Shown piece after piece: positions 40,882 to 50,293 of a stretch of DNA of 64,000 nt. The notes beneath the pieces were generated by a model. The model had not been told where the DNA came from, ran no database searches, and saw only the letters and a program-made list of their open reading frames with translations. Each line of letters opens with the position of its first letter. The stretch's first letter is position 1. Source of the stretch: Candidatus Uhrbacteria bacterium (GTDB lineage: Bacteria; Patescibacteriota; Patescibacteriia; UBA9934; GWF2-40-263); contig JACRJU010000013.1 in the NCBI GenBank assembly GCA_016219925.1, positions 102,566 to 166,565 of the forward strand, written 5' to 3'. The translations under genes and the position numbers were made by a program.

Positions 40882-41895
40882 ATGAGTGAAACTGACGATT
40901 TAGGGGGAGTTTACCACATCACGGATCGTGAGATTCGGGACAGGGAGTTGACCGGAACGATCCGTCCAACAGATCGAGTGGTGATCCCAGCCAAACATGA
41001 AGGAGCGACCATTCAGCGCACGCTGGAGTACCTCCTGCGTCTTGGCTTCCATCCTCGGCAGATTATCGTGCTCGTCAACGGTTCAACGGCCGTCGATGGA
41101 GAACCCGACGACACAGCCGACAAGGCGATGACTGTCGATTCTGATCTGCAGGTTCTCCATCAGAGTGACCTGCTCGACGCCGCGCTCGTCGCACGCCTGA
41201 CGTGCGACTACAAGATCAACGAGAACAGGCTGCACGGCAAGGGAACGGCGATGTTCGCCGCGCTCGTCGCCCTCCACCGGGCCGGAACGTCTCTGGACGC
41301 GCGGATCATCTTTCTGGATGCCGACATCCAGAACAGCTTCGAGGTCGATCCGGTCGGTCGCCTGTTGATCGGCGCCGACTTCTTCCCGCACGAGGTCAAG
41401 CTGGTCAAGCTGGCTTCGCTTGGACGTGACAACGCGGGCATCCACGCGTTCCTCTCCACGCTCGTCGGGGATTACATGAAGATCGGCGCCCTGCGCTGGC
41501 CGCTGTGCGGACAGGTCGTGGTGCGCTGGGAAGACTTGCGTCAGATGCGTCTGGCGGGCGGCTACGCGGTCGAGATGGCCATGATGATGGATCTCGTCGA
41601 GCGTGCGCATTCCCCGGTGGTGTTCGGGGAAGTCGAGATCGGCGCCGTGCTGATCGACAAGCACAACACGGACCGTGTCCACACGCGCATGTACGCGCAG
41701 ATCATGTGGTTCGCCGGTCAGGTGCAAATGATGGGGTACGGATTGGGCCGTCTCACGTCCAATCTGATGGCCCACATCAATGCCCAGGATCCCTTCCAAA
41801 TCTGGGTGCCGGTCAAGGAATCCGGTCTGGGTTCCAACGAGCTGGAGGATCGCTACCCCGATGCGATCTTTCCCTCGATCGCGGAACTCTTCTAG
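40882..41895 (+). CDS. GT-A fold glycosyltransferase, glucosyl-/mannosyl-3-phosphoglycerate synthase-like (GT81-like)
   Basis: RVVIPAKHE...TIQRTL NDP-sugar binding start, the DxD motif in FLDADIQ, and a conserved His-rich C-terminal region. About 64% GC. The ORF-track start at 40846 is TTG; ATG at 40882. Confidence 0.55.
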   Translation: MSETDDLGGVYHITDREIRDRELTGTIRPTDRVVIPAKHEGATIQRTLEYLLRLGFHPRQIIVLVNGSTAVDGEPDDTADKAMTVDSDLQVLHQSDLLDAALVARLTCDYKINENRLHGKGTAMFAALVALHRAGTSLDARIIFLDADIQNSFEVDPVGRLLIGADFFPHEVKLVKLASLGRDNAGIHAFLSTLVGDYMKIGALRWPLCGQVVVRWEDLRQMRLAGGYAVEMAMMMDLVERAHSPVVFGEVEIGAVLIDKHNTDRVHTRMYAQIMWFAGQVQMMGYGLGRLTSNLMAHINAQDPFQIWVPVKESGLGSNELEDRYPDAIFPSIAELF

Positions 41896-41972
41896 ACGGT
41901 TCGTCCCTCACGTCTCGGGCGCCTCAGCTGTGACTGGCGCCCGCTTTTTATTAGTGATACGATTTTTTTCGT

Positions 41973-43079
41973 ATGAATGTTTTACGTATTGGCCTCATTG
42001 GAGCCGGATATATTGGACGTGAACACGCGCGCTGTCTGCGACTCATCGCTCCGTTGTTTGACGGGAAGGTTCAAGTGCTCGCCATTGCGGATACGAACAA
42101 ACAGGCCGCGCAGTTTGCGGCTCGCCAGTTTGCTATTCCGGTTGCAACGGCGAATGTGGATGAGGTGATCGATCACCCAGAGATCAATGTGATCTTTAGC
42201 TGTGTCCCGACCAAATTTCATCTTGATGTCATGCAAAAAGCGGTGGCAAAAGGTAAAGCCGTTTTTTGTGAAAAGCCCTTTGCGGTTTCGCTTGAGGACG
42301 CTCATCGTCTGCATGATCTTTTAACCAAAAACCAAACCCCTCATCAAGTGGGGTTTGTGCTTCGTTACGCGCCGACGTACCACGCACTCAAAAAAATGCT
42401 CGTAACGCACGCTGACGTCTCACCGTTGCGCACGGTGATTTTGCGCGACGATCAAGTGTTTCCGATTCAAGGGATTTCGCATTTTACCGATTGGCGCAGT
42501 CGCGTGGAGCTTGCGGGCGCGGGAGTTTTGATCGAACACGGGATCCACGATATTGATTTATTTGAGTGGTTATTTGGGCCCATCAAACGAGTGAGCGCGC
42601 GCATGAGTAATTTCGCCGGCTATCCCGGTATCGAGGATTACATCGAGATTCGTATGGAGTTTGAAAGCGGGGTCAGCGCTAACATGATTCATGTATGGCA
42701 TGAGATCGGGGCGCATCAATCCATTCGTCATTTTGAAATTTTCTTCCAAAAGGCTCTCATCACGCTCGATACGTACGACATGCATCACATAAACGTGCGC
42801 GATCAAGAAGCGGAAAAAACCTACGAGCGTCCGGATTTATTCAAACTCGTAAAAGACGATCCGTTGTTTACCGATGTGGCTGACCGTGAAGATTTGTTAT
42901 TTGTCAGCGATTATTACGCTCTACAAGATTATTGGTTTGTAAGAAATCTGCTTGAGGACAAGCCGCTTTTCCCAACCATCCAAGATGGATTGCGCGCATT
43001 TACGCTTGCGTACGCTTGTTACGAGAGCGCAAAAAAAGACGGCGCATGGGTTGCGACGTCTTCAAAAAAACCGGCTTAA
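41973..43079 (+). CDS. Gfo/Idh/MocA-family NAD(P)-dependent oxidoreductase
   Basis: LRIGLIGAGYIGREH Rossmann fold, with the EKP motif (FCEKPFA) characteristic of the family. Confidence 0.8.
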   Translation: MNVLRIGLIGAGYIGREHARCLRLIAPLFDGKVQVLAIADTNKQAAQFAARQFAIPVATANVDEVIDHPEINVIFSCVPTKFHLDVMQKAVAKGKAVFCEKPFAVSLEDAHRLHDLLTKNQTPHQVGFVLRYAPTYHALKKMLVTHADVSPLRTVILRDDQVFPIQGISHFTDWRSRVELAGAGVLIEHGIHDIDLFEWLFGPIKRVSARMSNFAGYPGIEDYIEIRMEFESGVSANMIHVWHEIGAHQSIRHFEIFFQKALITLDTYDMHHINVRDQEAEKTYERPDLFKLVKDDPLFTDVADREDLLFVSDYYALQDYWFVRNLLEDKPLFPTIQDGLRAFTLAYACYESAKKDGAWVATSSKKPA

Positions 43080-43445
43080 GAAATTTTTCTTTTTGGGAAT
43101 CAGCGCTGACGGCGGAGTGACGGATGATTTGAGCGATTCAACGAACTGTACGAGACGCGCCATTTCGCGCTGGACAATCGGACCCTCATACTCGCCCGAG
43201 TGCGCATGAGCCCCTTCGTAGCTCGCTTCTTTTTGATCGACATGCAAGTTGATTTGCATGCCTTGGTTTTTATCTTCAGCGTAGGCGTGATAGCGGGGGA
43301 ATCGTTCTCCGGTCACGCGCCGAATAAAACTGATCTGTCCGCTTCGCGTGCGCTGTTCGCCATAGCCGGCGCGACGCATAAGGTTGCGCGTGTGATCGGA
43401 CAAGGGTCCGGCGATCCAATGTTGCATACATGCTGATCGTACCAT
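43062..43445 (-). CDS. hypothetical His-rich small protein, paralog B of a tandem pair
   Basis: Shares the blocks RR.., FPR[FY]HAY, QI[DN]LH[FV]D, YEG, EM.R[IL] and PPS with the adjacent upstream gene. Its ATG directly abuts the upstream stop (TAAATG). Confidence 0.5.
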   Translation of the reverse strand: MVRSACMQHWIAGPLSDHTRNLMRRAGYGEQRTRSGQISFIRRVTGERFPRYHAYAEDKNQGMQINLHVDQKEASYEGAHAHSGEYEGPIVQREMARLVQFVESLKSSVTPPSALIPKKKNFLSRFF

Positions 43446-43835
43446 TTATTTGAAGAGCATATCAAACCAGTTTTGTTCTTTTGATGGAGGGGAGGCGGGA
43501 CGTGTGAGACGTTCGGTTCCGGCAACGCGAGGGACGTGGTCTTCGAGAATTTCGGTGATGCGACGCATCTCATCAGACACTCGGCTTCCCTCATAAGCCC
43601 ATGTTTGATCGTGATTTCCTTTGTGTCCAATGGGATCAAGCGCGTCGAAATGAAGATCGATTTGTAGTTTGTTTGCTATCTCAATCGAGTAGGCGTGGAA
43701 CCGAGGGAACGCTGGATCATTCAGCCGTCGGTGATAACACGGTCGGCCATCTTTGGCGCAATGATAATCATATCCGATGCGTTTCATGGCGGCTTCGATC
43801 GAGACGTGGGGAGAAAGTGTAAAAGACTTTCTCAT
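43446..43835 (-). CDS. hypothetical His-rich small protein, paralog A of a tandem pair
   Basis: See paralog B. 129 aa. A TTGACA -35-like hexamer lies upstream. Confidence 0.5.
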   Translation of the reverse strand: MRKSFTLSPHVSIEAAMKRIGYDYHCAKDGRPCYHRRLNDPAFPRFHAYSIEIANKLQIDLHFDALDPIGHKGNHDQTWAYEGSRVSDEMRRITEILEDHVPRVAGTERLTRPASPPSKEQNWFDMLFK

Positions 43836-43917
43836 ATCCCCTTTACTGTCGCGCGTCTACAAACGTTTTGTCAAGCGTCTTTCAAAATAAAAAAACCGCT
43901 GCGATGAGGCAGACGGG

Positions 43918-44559
43918 CTAGGGAGACTCGCGGCGGTGGCAGGCCTTGTCGTAGGCGGAACTGCCGATCAGCACGCGGTTGAGCTTGTCGCTCGAGGTCA
44001 GGTAGAGCTGGAGCGTGTCGTCGTTGACGTGTGGGAGGGGGACGTATTTCCCCCTGTGCGCGGTTGCGAACGCTTGACGCTCTGCCTCGTCTTGAAAGAA
44101 GAAACCGTGACGGCCACGGATTGCGTTTTCGACCTGGACGAAGTCGTCGCACGAGAGCGCGTCGATGGCTTCCTTGGGGATGCGCTCGTTGTCGAATACG
44201 TGTTGGATGGCGACTTCCAGGGCAGTCGGCGTGGCCGAGGCCGGAAGCGGTTGCGCATCGCTTTGGCCAGGAGCGGTGTCCGCGAGCGATCCCGCGTCGG
44301 GTTCTCCGACTCCCAGCGCGTCCGCGGCCATCGCCGCATCTGCGCTGTCCGGCGCGCTGCCTGCATCCGGCTGGCCGATCGAGCTGGTGTCGGTCGCCGC
44401 GGAAGCCGTGGCATCATTGATGTCCGAACCGGCATCGACGATCGAGGCCGCATGGTCCGGTTCTGCGGCGGAGGCCCTCATGATGAGGTGCCAGGGCAGG
44501 ACGAGCACGGCGGCGAAAAGCACCGCCAATGCCGTGCGAGAGAACGTGGATGGGTTCAC
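43918..44559 (-). CDS. secreted Ala/Asp-rich protein with a C-terminal conserved domain (possibly YARHG-like)
   Basis: GTG start at 44559 with SD AGAGGTG 4 nt upstream. Signal peptide MNPSTFSRTALAVLFAAVLVLPWHLIMRASA. A low-complexity A/D/S linker, then a C-terminal FVQVENAIRGRHGFFFQ block. About 66% GC. Confidence 0.5.
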   Translation of the reverse strand: MNPSTFSRTALAVLFAAVLVLPWHLIMRASAAEPDHAASIVDAGSDINDATASAATDTSSIGQPDAGSAPDSADAAMAADALGVGEPDAGSLADTAPGQSDAQPLPASATPTALEVAIQHVFDNERIPKEAIDALSCDDFVQVENAIRGRHGFFFQDEAERQAFATAHRGKYVPLPHVNDDTLQLYLTSSDKLNRVLIGSSAYDKACHRRESP

Positions 44560-44625
44560 GGAGCACCTCTTGATATCTGGACGAGGAATTTCGCCAGGAA
44601 AATAACTTACAGATAGTATGGGGAA

Positions 44626-44654
44626 TTGTCAATCGTGTTGAGGTTTTGTATACT
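44626..44654 (+). promoter_or_regulatory. sigma70-type promoter TTGTCA-17-TATACT upstream of tRNA-Ser
   Basis: TTGTCA 44626-44631, TATACT 44649-44654. The tRNA starts 155 nt downstream. Confidence 0.4.
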
Positions 44655-44808
44655 TCCACTGCTCATTGAGCGCCCCCGTCAGAATCTTTCCCTGTCATCC
44701 CGGTTTTCCTCCCTCGAGATGACAGAATGCGAGATGGCACAGAGGCGCAGCGTTGAGAGAAAAATCAAGAATGACAAAGGGAGGGAAGCGTTCAAAAAAT
44801 TGATTCAC

Positions 44809-44896
44809 GGAGAGGTCGCATAGAGGTCGATTGCGCGCGCTTGGAAAGCGCGTATACCGCAAGGTATCGAGGGTTCGAATCCCTCCCTCTCCGCCA
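44809..44896 (+). tRNA. tRNA-Ser (anticodon GGA), class II with long variable arm, CCA encoded
   Basis: GGAGAGGTCGCATAGAGGTCGATTGCGCGCGCTTGGAAAGCGCGTATACCGCAAGGTATCGAGGGTTCGAATCCCTCCCTCTCCGCCA. The acceptor stem is 7 bp, the anticodon loop is TTGGAAA, the variable arm is 16 nt and the T-loop is TTCGAAT. Confidence 0.85.
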
Positions 44897-44935
44897 GCTA
44901 AAAAGGACTCATGTTTTGAGTCCTTTTTAGCTGGC
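44893..44935 (+). terminator. long perfect hairpin terminator overlapping the tRNA-Ser 3' end
   Basis: gccagctaaaaaggactca-tgtt-ttgagtcctttttagctggc, a 19-bp perfect inverted repeat. Confidence 0.6.
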
Positions 44936-44979
44936 TTCGTTTAATGTAAAAACCGGCCCGTGGGGTCGGTGGTGATGTG

Positions 44980-45783
44980 TCACGTCTGCATCGGCGCGAC
45001 GTGGATCTTTCCTCGTTGGTCGGACGTTTTGGCGTTTCGCAGCTGAGCGTCTGCGCTCTCGAACAGACGTTCGAAGATGCCTTCGACACTGCTACCGGGA
45101 ATGATGATCTGGCTTGCCACGCCGATCGTCACCCCTTGGTGAATGGCGGTGCCGCCGACCATGCATGGTCCGGCTTGCGTGTTGTGCACGATCCGGTTGG
45201 CAACGTATTCGCCGTTGTTCACGACCGCAGTCCATGTCGGATCGACACCTCCGCTTTGGTCAAAAGCGGAAGATGCCAGGTCGCGGTCACGATGTCCGGC
45301 GCGTTCGGCCGGCGGCTGGCTGGCGGAAGTGAAGACAACGAATTCCTCGCCGCCCCATCGAACCACAACGTCCGAACCACGCAGCCATCGCTTGAGAATG
45401 TTGGCGAACCAGATGAGTACGTGATCGCCCGTCGTGTGTCCGTACTGTTTGTTCACGCGACCGCAGTAGTCGAGATCGAGCACGAGCACGGAGACGGTCC
45501 CGTGAAAGGGCACGCCGCCGATGCGGCTCAGTCGTTCAGAGATCATCTGTCGCCCAGGCTCTCGTCGCAGGAGGCCTGTGAGCGGACAGTGAATCTCCCG
45601 AGTGTTCTGTTGCATGAGCAGGGTGCGGCCGGCTGTACTCCGGACGAACGTTTCGATGATGTTCCTGTCGCTGGCTGTGGGGAAGATTCCGGTTTGGTCT
45701 TCCAATCCGCCAGGGTACCGCAGAACGAGTTCTCCTTCCGGTGTGTACCGGATGGAAACCCCATTGCCGTTTTGACTTCCCAT
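44980..45783 (-). CDS. GGDEF-domain diguanylate cyclase (no recognisable sensor domain)
   Basis: The RWGGEEF active-site (GGEEF) motif with upstream D..D..N GGDEF blocks. A 267-aa protein, about 63% GC. Confidence 0.75.
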   Translation of the reverse strand: MGSQNGNGVSIRYTPEGELVLRYPGGLEDQTGIFPTASDRNIIETFVRSTAGRTLLMQQNTREIHCPLTGLLRREPGRQMISERLSRIGGVPFHGTVSVLVLDLDYCGRVNKQYGHTTGDHVLIWFANILKRWLRGSDVVVRWGGEEFVVFTSASQPPAERAGHRDRDLASSAFDQSGGVDPTWTAVVNNGEYVANRIVHNTQAGPCMVGGTAIHQGVTIGVASQIIIPGSSVEGIFERLFESADAQLRNAKTSDQRGKIHVAPMQT

Positions 45784-45904
45784 GTCCTACCTCATGACCT
45801 CTATTGAGAGGGTGACCGTCCACCCTAGCTCAAAAATAGGAAATTGTCAACTGATCGTGTTCAGTATTCTTTGCGCTTGGGGGTGAATAAGGTAGGCTGT
45901 GATC

Positions 45905-47701
45905 ATGTTAGATCCGAAAGATGAAATCAAACAAAAAATTGATATCGTCGAACTCATCGGCGAATATTTGACGCTCAAACCCGCCGGGACACACGCGTTT
46001 AAAGCCGTTTGTCCGTTTCATGCCGAGAAAACGCCGTCGCTTCATGTCTCATCCGATCGTCAGATTTGGCACTGCTTTGGATGCGGGGAAGGAGGTGATT
46101 GTTTAAGTTTCGTCATGAAGATGGAGGGAATGGATTTTGCCGAGGCGCTGATGCACCTCGGCCAGAAGGTGGGGGTGGAGGTGAAGCGTTTTGCGACGCC
46201 GCAGGGCAATCAGAATCTGCGGCTGTCCGAAATCAACGAACTGGCCGCTCGGTATTATCAAAAAGTTCTTGAGCAATCATCGGGGGCTCAAGAAGCACGT
46301 GCGTATGTGCAGAAGCGTGGGATCACCTCGGAACTCTCAACGCGTTTTGGACTCGGATATGCGATGGACCAATGGGACGGCCTCTGTATTTTTTTGCTCA
46401 AGCGCGGGTATGCCCAACAGGAAATTGTGGCCGCGGGTTTAGGCCAGACCAAACGATCGGGTTCTGGGTTGATTGATCGCTTTCGCGGACGACTGATGAT
46501 TCCTCTACGCGACCAGCATGGGAAGACCGTGGGCTTCACCGGTCGATTGATCGCGTCCGCTGTAGGTCCCGACGCTTCCGCTTCGCCAAAATATCTCAAC
46601 TCCCCTGAAACGCCGATCTATCACAAAGGTCGTCTGTTGTATGGATTAGATTTGGCCAAGCGAGCGAGTAAAGAGGCGAAGGCAATCATTATTGTCGAAG
46701 GTAATTTGGATGTGGTGGCTTCGCACAAGGCCGGCGTCGAGCATGTGGTTGCGAGTTCAGGCACCGCGCTCACGCGCGATCAATTTGAACTCCTCTCTCG
46801 TTACACGCAAACGGTCATTTTTTGTTTTGATCAAGACGCGGCGGGCCTCACCGCCGCCAAACGAGGCGTCTCGATCGCGCACGCGCTTCAGTTTGATATC
46901 CGAGCGATCTTGCTTCCAGACGGGGCTAAAGATCCAGACGATCTCGTGCAAAAGGATCCTATGGCTTGGCGACATCTCTGCGAGACATCCATTCCGTTTA
47001 TGGCGTATCTCGTCAGTCGAACCATCAAAGGAAAAAATCTTACGAGCATTGATGACAAGCGTGAGATTTCAAAAGAGTTACTCCCAGCGATTGCAGAGAT
47101 GAGTGACCCTGTGGAGCAAGAACACTGGCTTGGCGAAGTCAGCAGACTGTTGAGCACGGATGAAAGCGCGCTCCGGCGAGCGATCAGACCGTCTCCCATA
47201 GAAAAAAAATCTGCCCCGCTTTCACCCATCCATACCGGACGTCTCAATAAAGAGGGGCAGGCGTTTGCGCTTTTGTTTGGACTTGCCTTAAGCGATGAGG
47301 ATCACGCTCGAACATTTTTTGAAAATCCTCCGTCCTTGCCACGAGAGACGTCCGGTTTGTCCGAGCTTTACACCAAAGCGGAAATCCTTTATCATTCCGG
47401 CAGTAACGCACCCCATCACACATTTTTTTCGCGGCTTCGCTCTGCTCTTGAAGCGCAACAACGAGATGACCTGATTGGCTCTCTCGACACGATCGCCCTT
47501 CTGGCAGAGACAACCTTCGAGGCTATGGAGTCCAAAGAGGTGCCACAATTTATTGAGACCCTGCGCGACGTGCTTGCACGCCACTTTTCGCGAGAGCGAC
47601 GCCGGGCATTGGCCGAGCACATTCGCGATGCGGAACGCTCGGGCGACCAAGAAGCCGTTCGTCGGCTTCTGGAGGAATTAAATTTTGAAAAAGATCCATA
47701 A
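45905..47701 (+). CDS. dnaG: DNA primase
   Basis: CPFHAEKTPSLHV...WHCFGCGEGGD zinc-binding domain, the RNA polymerase core, and a TOPRIM with EG..D (IIVEGNLDV) and DQDAAG. AAGGTAGG lies 9 nt before the ATG at 45905; the ORF-track start at 45899 is GTG. Confidence 0.85.
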   Translation: MLDPKDEIKQKIDIVELIGEYLTLKPAGTHAFKAVCPFHAEKTPSLHVSSDRQIWHCFGCGEGGDCLSFVMKMEGMDFAEALMHLGQKVGVEVKRFATPQGNQNLRLSEINELAARYYQKVLEQSSGAQEARAYVQKRGITSELSTRFGLGYAMDQWDGLCIFLLKRGYAQQEIVAAGLGQTKRSGSGLIDRFRGRLMIPLRDQHGKTVGFTGRLIASAVGPDASASPKYLNSPETPIYHKGRLLYGLDLAKRASKEAKAIIIVEGNLDVVASHKAGVEHVVASSGTALTRDQFELLSRYTQTVIFCFDQDAAGLTAAKRGVSIAHALQFDIRAILLPDGAKDPDDLVQKDPMAWRHLCETSIPFMAYLVSRTIKGKNLTSIDDKREISKELLPAIAEMSDPVEQEHWLGEVSRLLSTDESALRRAIRPSPIEKKSAPLSPIHTGRLNKEGQAFALLFGLALSDEDHARTFFENPPSLPRETSGLSELYTKAEILYHSGSNAPHHTFFSRLRSALEAQQRDDLIGSLDTIALLAETTFEAMESKEVPQFIETLRDVLARHFSRERRRALAEHIRDAERSGDQEAVRRLLEELNFEKDP

Positions 47702-47740
47702 CTCTCTCACGCGCATGACGCTGAGACGGTGACGTTTCCT

Positions 47741-48970
47741 ATGCAGAAAAAAAAGGGTGTGAAGAAGCCGGTCAAGAAGCCGGCAAAAAAGATGGGGGTA
47801 AAAAAATTGACGATTCGTTCAAAGCCAAAAGTCGCTCCGGCTCCGGCTAAAACTCCTGCAGTGCGCTATAAGCGCGCCGAACCTCCCTCGCGGGAGGTGC
47901 TCGATCGGTTGATGGAAAAAGGCAAGCAACGCGGATACATCACGGAGAACGAGGTGTTGTTTACGTTTAGCGATGTAGAAGATTACGTGGAGATGTTTGA
48001 AGAATTTTTGGATCGCATGGAGCGGATGGGAGTGCATTTTGTTGAACTCAAGGAAGGCATTCTCGGACACGCGGCGGACCGTGACGAAGTGTATGACAAG
48101 ATCCGTCTCACGCACGAAAAACAAAAAGGGATTTCGGTTCCTGAACTTACGCAAGATTCCATCCAAATGTATCTGCGCGAGATTGGAAAGATCCCCTTGT
48201 TGAATGGCGAACAAGAAGTGGCGCTGGCCAAGCGTAAGGAGCGTAATGAAAAAGAAGCCGAGCGACGTCTCATCGAAGCCAACCTTCGATTGGTTGTATC
48301 CATTGCCAAGAAGTTTGTGGGTAAGCAGATGTCTCTTCTCGATCTGATTCAAGAAGGCAACATCGGGTTGTTTCGCGCGGTAAAAAAGTTTGAGTATCGC
48401 AAAGGATACAAGTTTTCAACGTATGCGACGTGGTGGATTCGCCAAGCCATTACCCGCGCGCTTGCCGACCAGTCGCGCACGATCCGCATTCCGGTTCACA
48501 TGGTTGAGACGATCAACCGTTTCCAACAGATCGAACGCCAACTGATTCAAGACCTCGGCCGCGAACCGCTTCCTGAAGAGATCGCGGCGGAAATGGGGGA
48601 GAGTGTAGCTAAAGTGCGGCACATTCGGAAGATTTCGCAAGAAACGGTTTCCCTTGAAACGTCCGTTGGAGATGATGACGAAGATTCTAAGCTTGAAGAT
48701 TTTCTTGAAGACGTCAAGACGATTTCGCCGGATCGTCAGGCCGCGCGTGAATTGCTCAAAGATTATGTCACCAAAGCGATGGAAGGACTTACCCCGCGCG
48801 AACAGAAGATTTTGGAAATGCGGTTTGGCTTAACCGACGGCGTGTCGCACACGCTCGAAGAAGTGGGCCGCGAGTTCGATGTGACGCGCGAGCGCATCCG
48901 TCAAATCGAAGCCAAGGCGCTTGAAAAAATCCAAGCAAATCCGCTCATCGAGAAATTAAGAGATTACTAG
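47741..48970 (+). CDS. rpoD: RNA polymerase primary sigma factor (sigma-70)
   Basis: [11 protein letters not shown] (region 1.2), [15 protein letters not shown]...[18 protein letters not shown] (region 2), [14 protein letters not shown], and regions 3 and 4. Sits in a dnaG-rpoD operon. ATG at 47741; the ORF-track start at 47729 is GTG. Confidence 0.85.
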   Translation: MQKKKGVKKPVKKPAKKMGVKKLTIRSKPKVAPAPAKTPAVRYKRAEPPSREVLDRLMEKGKQRGYITENEVLFTFSDVEDYVEMFEEFLDRMERMGVHFVELKEGILGHAADRDEVYDKIRLTHEKQKGISVPELTQDSIQMYLREIGKIPLLNGEQEVALAKRKERNEKEAERRLIEANLRLVVSIAKKFVGKQMSLLDLIQEGNIGLFRAVKKFEYRKGYKFSTYATWWIRQAITRALADQSRTIRIPVHMVETINRFQQIERQLIQDLGREPLPEEIAAEMGESVAKVRHIRKISQETVSLETSVGDDDEDSKLEDFLEDVKTISPDRQAARELLKDYVTKAMEGLTPREQKILEMRFGLTDGVSHTLEEVGREFDVTRERIRQIEAKALEKIQANPLIEKLRDY

Positions 48971-49028
48971 CATTTTTTTGCAACGATTTTGTTAGACTGG
49001 CGATATAGTTCGTGTAAAGGTCGCCCCT

Positions 49029-49661
49029 ATGTCTATAACCCAAAAGGAGGTCGCCAATGCCCAACATGACCCAGAGGCATTCGGGCGGTTGTATGACGAG
49101 TACTACCAGCCCGTCTTTGGGTTTATGTATAGCCGCACTGGAAATTGTGAGCTCGCCAAAGATCTTACGAGCGAAACGTTCTTTCAGGCTTTAAAGAATC
49201 TCCATCGCTATCAGCCGCGCGAAGGCGCATCGTTTAAGTCGTGGCTGTTCGCGATCGCGGTTGCGCAAATCGGCAACTATTATCGTCACCGAGCTAAGAT
49301 GTTCGAGGTCACGGTTGAGGAAGCTCCGGAGATTATCGGACACGCAGATTTTCAACCAGACCTCGCGTATCAAATGGGGGAAGACGCCGACGAGTTGCAA
49401 GAGAAAATCGAATTGCTTCGCCGCATGATGAAAGAACTGAACGGGAAACAACACGATATTTTGACTCTGCGATTTTTTTCCAAGATGACCGTTCCGGAGA
49501 TTGCTGTAACGCTCAAAATGAAGGAAGGCACGATCAAGTCCCATATTCATCGAGCACTAAAAAAACTTCAGGATCTCATGACGCTAACCGATCGCTCATC
49601 CGTTCTCACACCCCAGACCTCTCGTTCCACAATGTATGAACCACAATCCGCTCAAAATTGA
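49029..49661 (+). CDS. ECF-subfamily sigma-70 factor
   Basis: Region 2 (FGRLYDEYYQPVFGFMYSRTGNCELAKDLTSETF) and region 4 HTH (LTLRFFSKMTVPEIAVTLKMKEGTIKSHIHRALKKL). Confidence 0.75.
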   Translation: MSITQKEVANAQHDPEAFGRLYDEYYQPVFGFMYSRTGNCELAKDLTSETFFQALKNLHRYQPREGASFKSWLFAIAVAQIGNYYRHRAKMFEVTVEEAPEIIGHADFQPDLAYQMGEDADELQEKIELLRRMMKELNGKQHDILTLRFFSKMTVPEIAVTLKMKEGTIKSHIHRALKKLQDLMTLTDRSSVLTPQTSRSTMYEPQSAQN

Positions 49662-50046
49662 AGACCTGCTTGAGCCCGCCGGTTCAATTGAATCGCGCGA
49701 AGATTTGTCGCACCGTTATGCATTGCGCCGCGAATTGTTGTGTTCACGGCATTTTGAAGATGCGCGTGCGGCATCGCGTATGCCGGTCGGACGATGGGCG
49801 GCTTTTGGCGCGCCTCTTTTGGCCGGCGGGATGTTGGTTTTGCTCGTCTCATTTACCGGTGCACCTTCTGGAGAAGCAAGCCCGATCGTTCGTCAGACAG
49901 GAGATACCAAAGTCGTTCAAGCAACGCCTGTGATTGATTTGCCTGTTGCGGTCAATGACTTCATTGATTTGCGCGAACCAACAACGATGCCTCAAACCGT
50001 GAAATTTGTTCCCGTGCAAACGGCCAGTCACGTCTTGTTGCGCTAA
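49636..50046 (+). CDS. putative membrane-spanning anti-sigma factor
   Basis: Overlaps the ECF sigma 3' end by 26 nt. 136 aa with one central TM helix (WAAFGAPLLAGGMLVLLV). Assignment is from genomic context only. Confidence 0.4.
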   Translation: MNHNPLKIEDLLEPAGSIESREDLSHRYALRRELLCSRHFEDARAASRMPVGRWAAFGAPLLAGGMLVLLVSFTGAPSGEASPIVRQTGDTKVVQATPVIDLPVAVNDFIDLREPTTMPQTVKFVPVQTASHVLLR

Positions 50047-50293
50047 CGTGGCGCATGGTAAAATTAAAGCACTCCACAGAAACTCATTTGGGCAAAACTT
50101 GGCTGTCGGGTTTAGAACCAGAGTCGCTTTGGCGGCTTTGTCAGAACCCTGCGATACGGCCTCATCAGCAGGCCAAACAAAACAGGACGGTCATTCGGCG
50201 AAAGCTGAAACGCAGGTCCTGTTGGAACGTCTCCGGCGCCGCCGGATATCCAATTGTCGCAAGCCAAATTGAGTGCTGTGGAGTTTTGTGTTT

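Noticed and set aside
50047-50293. SRP RNA, 6S or other known ncRNA in the 247-bp convergent spacer between the anti-sigma gene and the mutY-like gene
   Set aside because: The spacer contains hairpins (aacaggac...gtcctgtt, ccggcgccgccgg). The AGCAGGCCAAAC stretch only loosely resembles SRP domain IV and lacks the CAGGUCCGGAAGGAAGCAGC core. It has no tRNA-like end for tmRNA and is too short for RNase P RNA.
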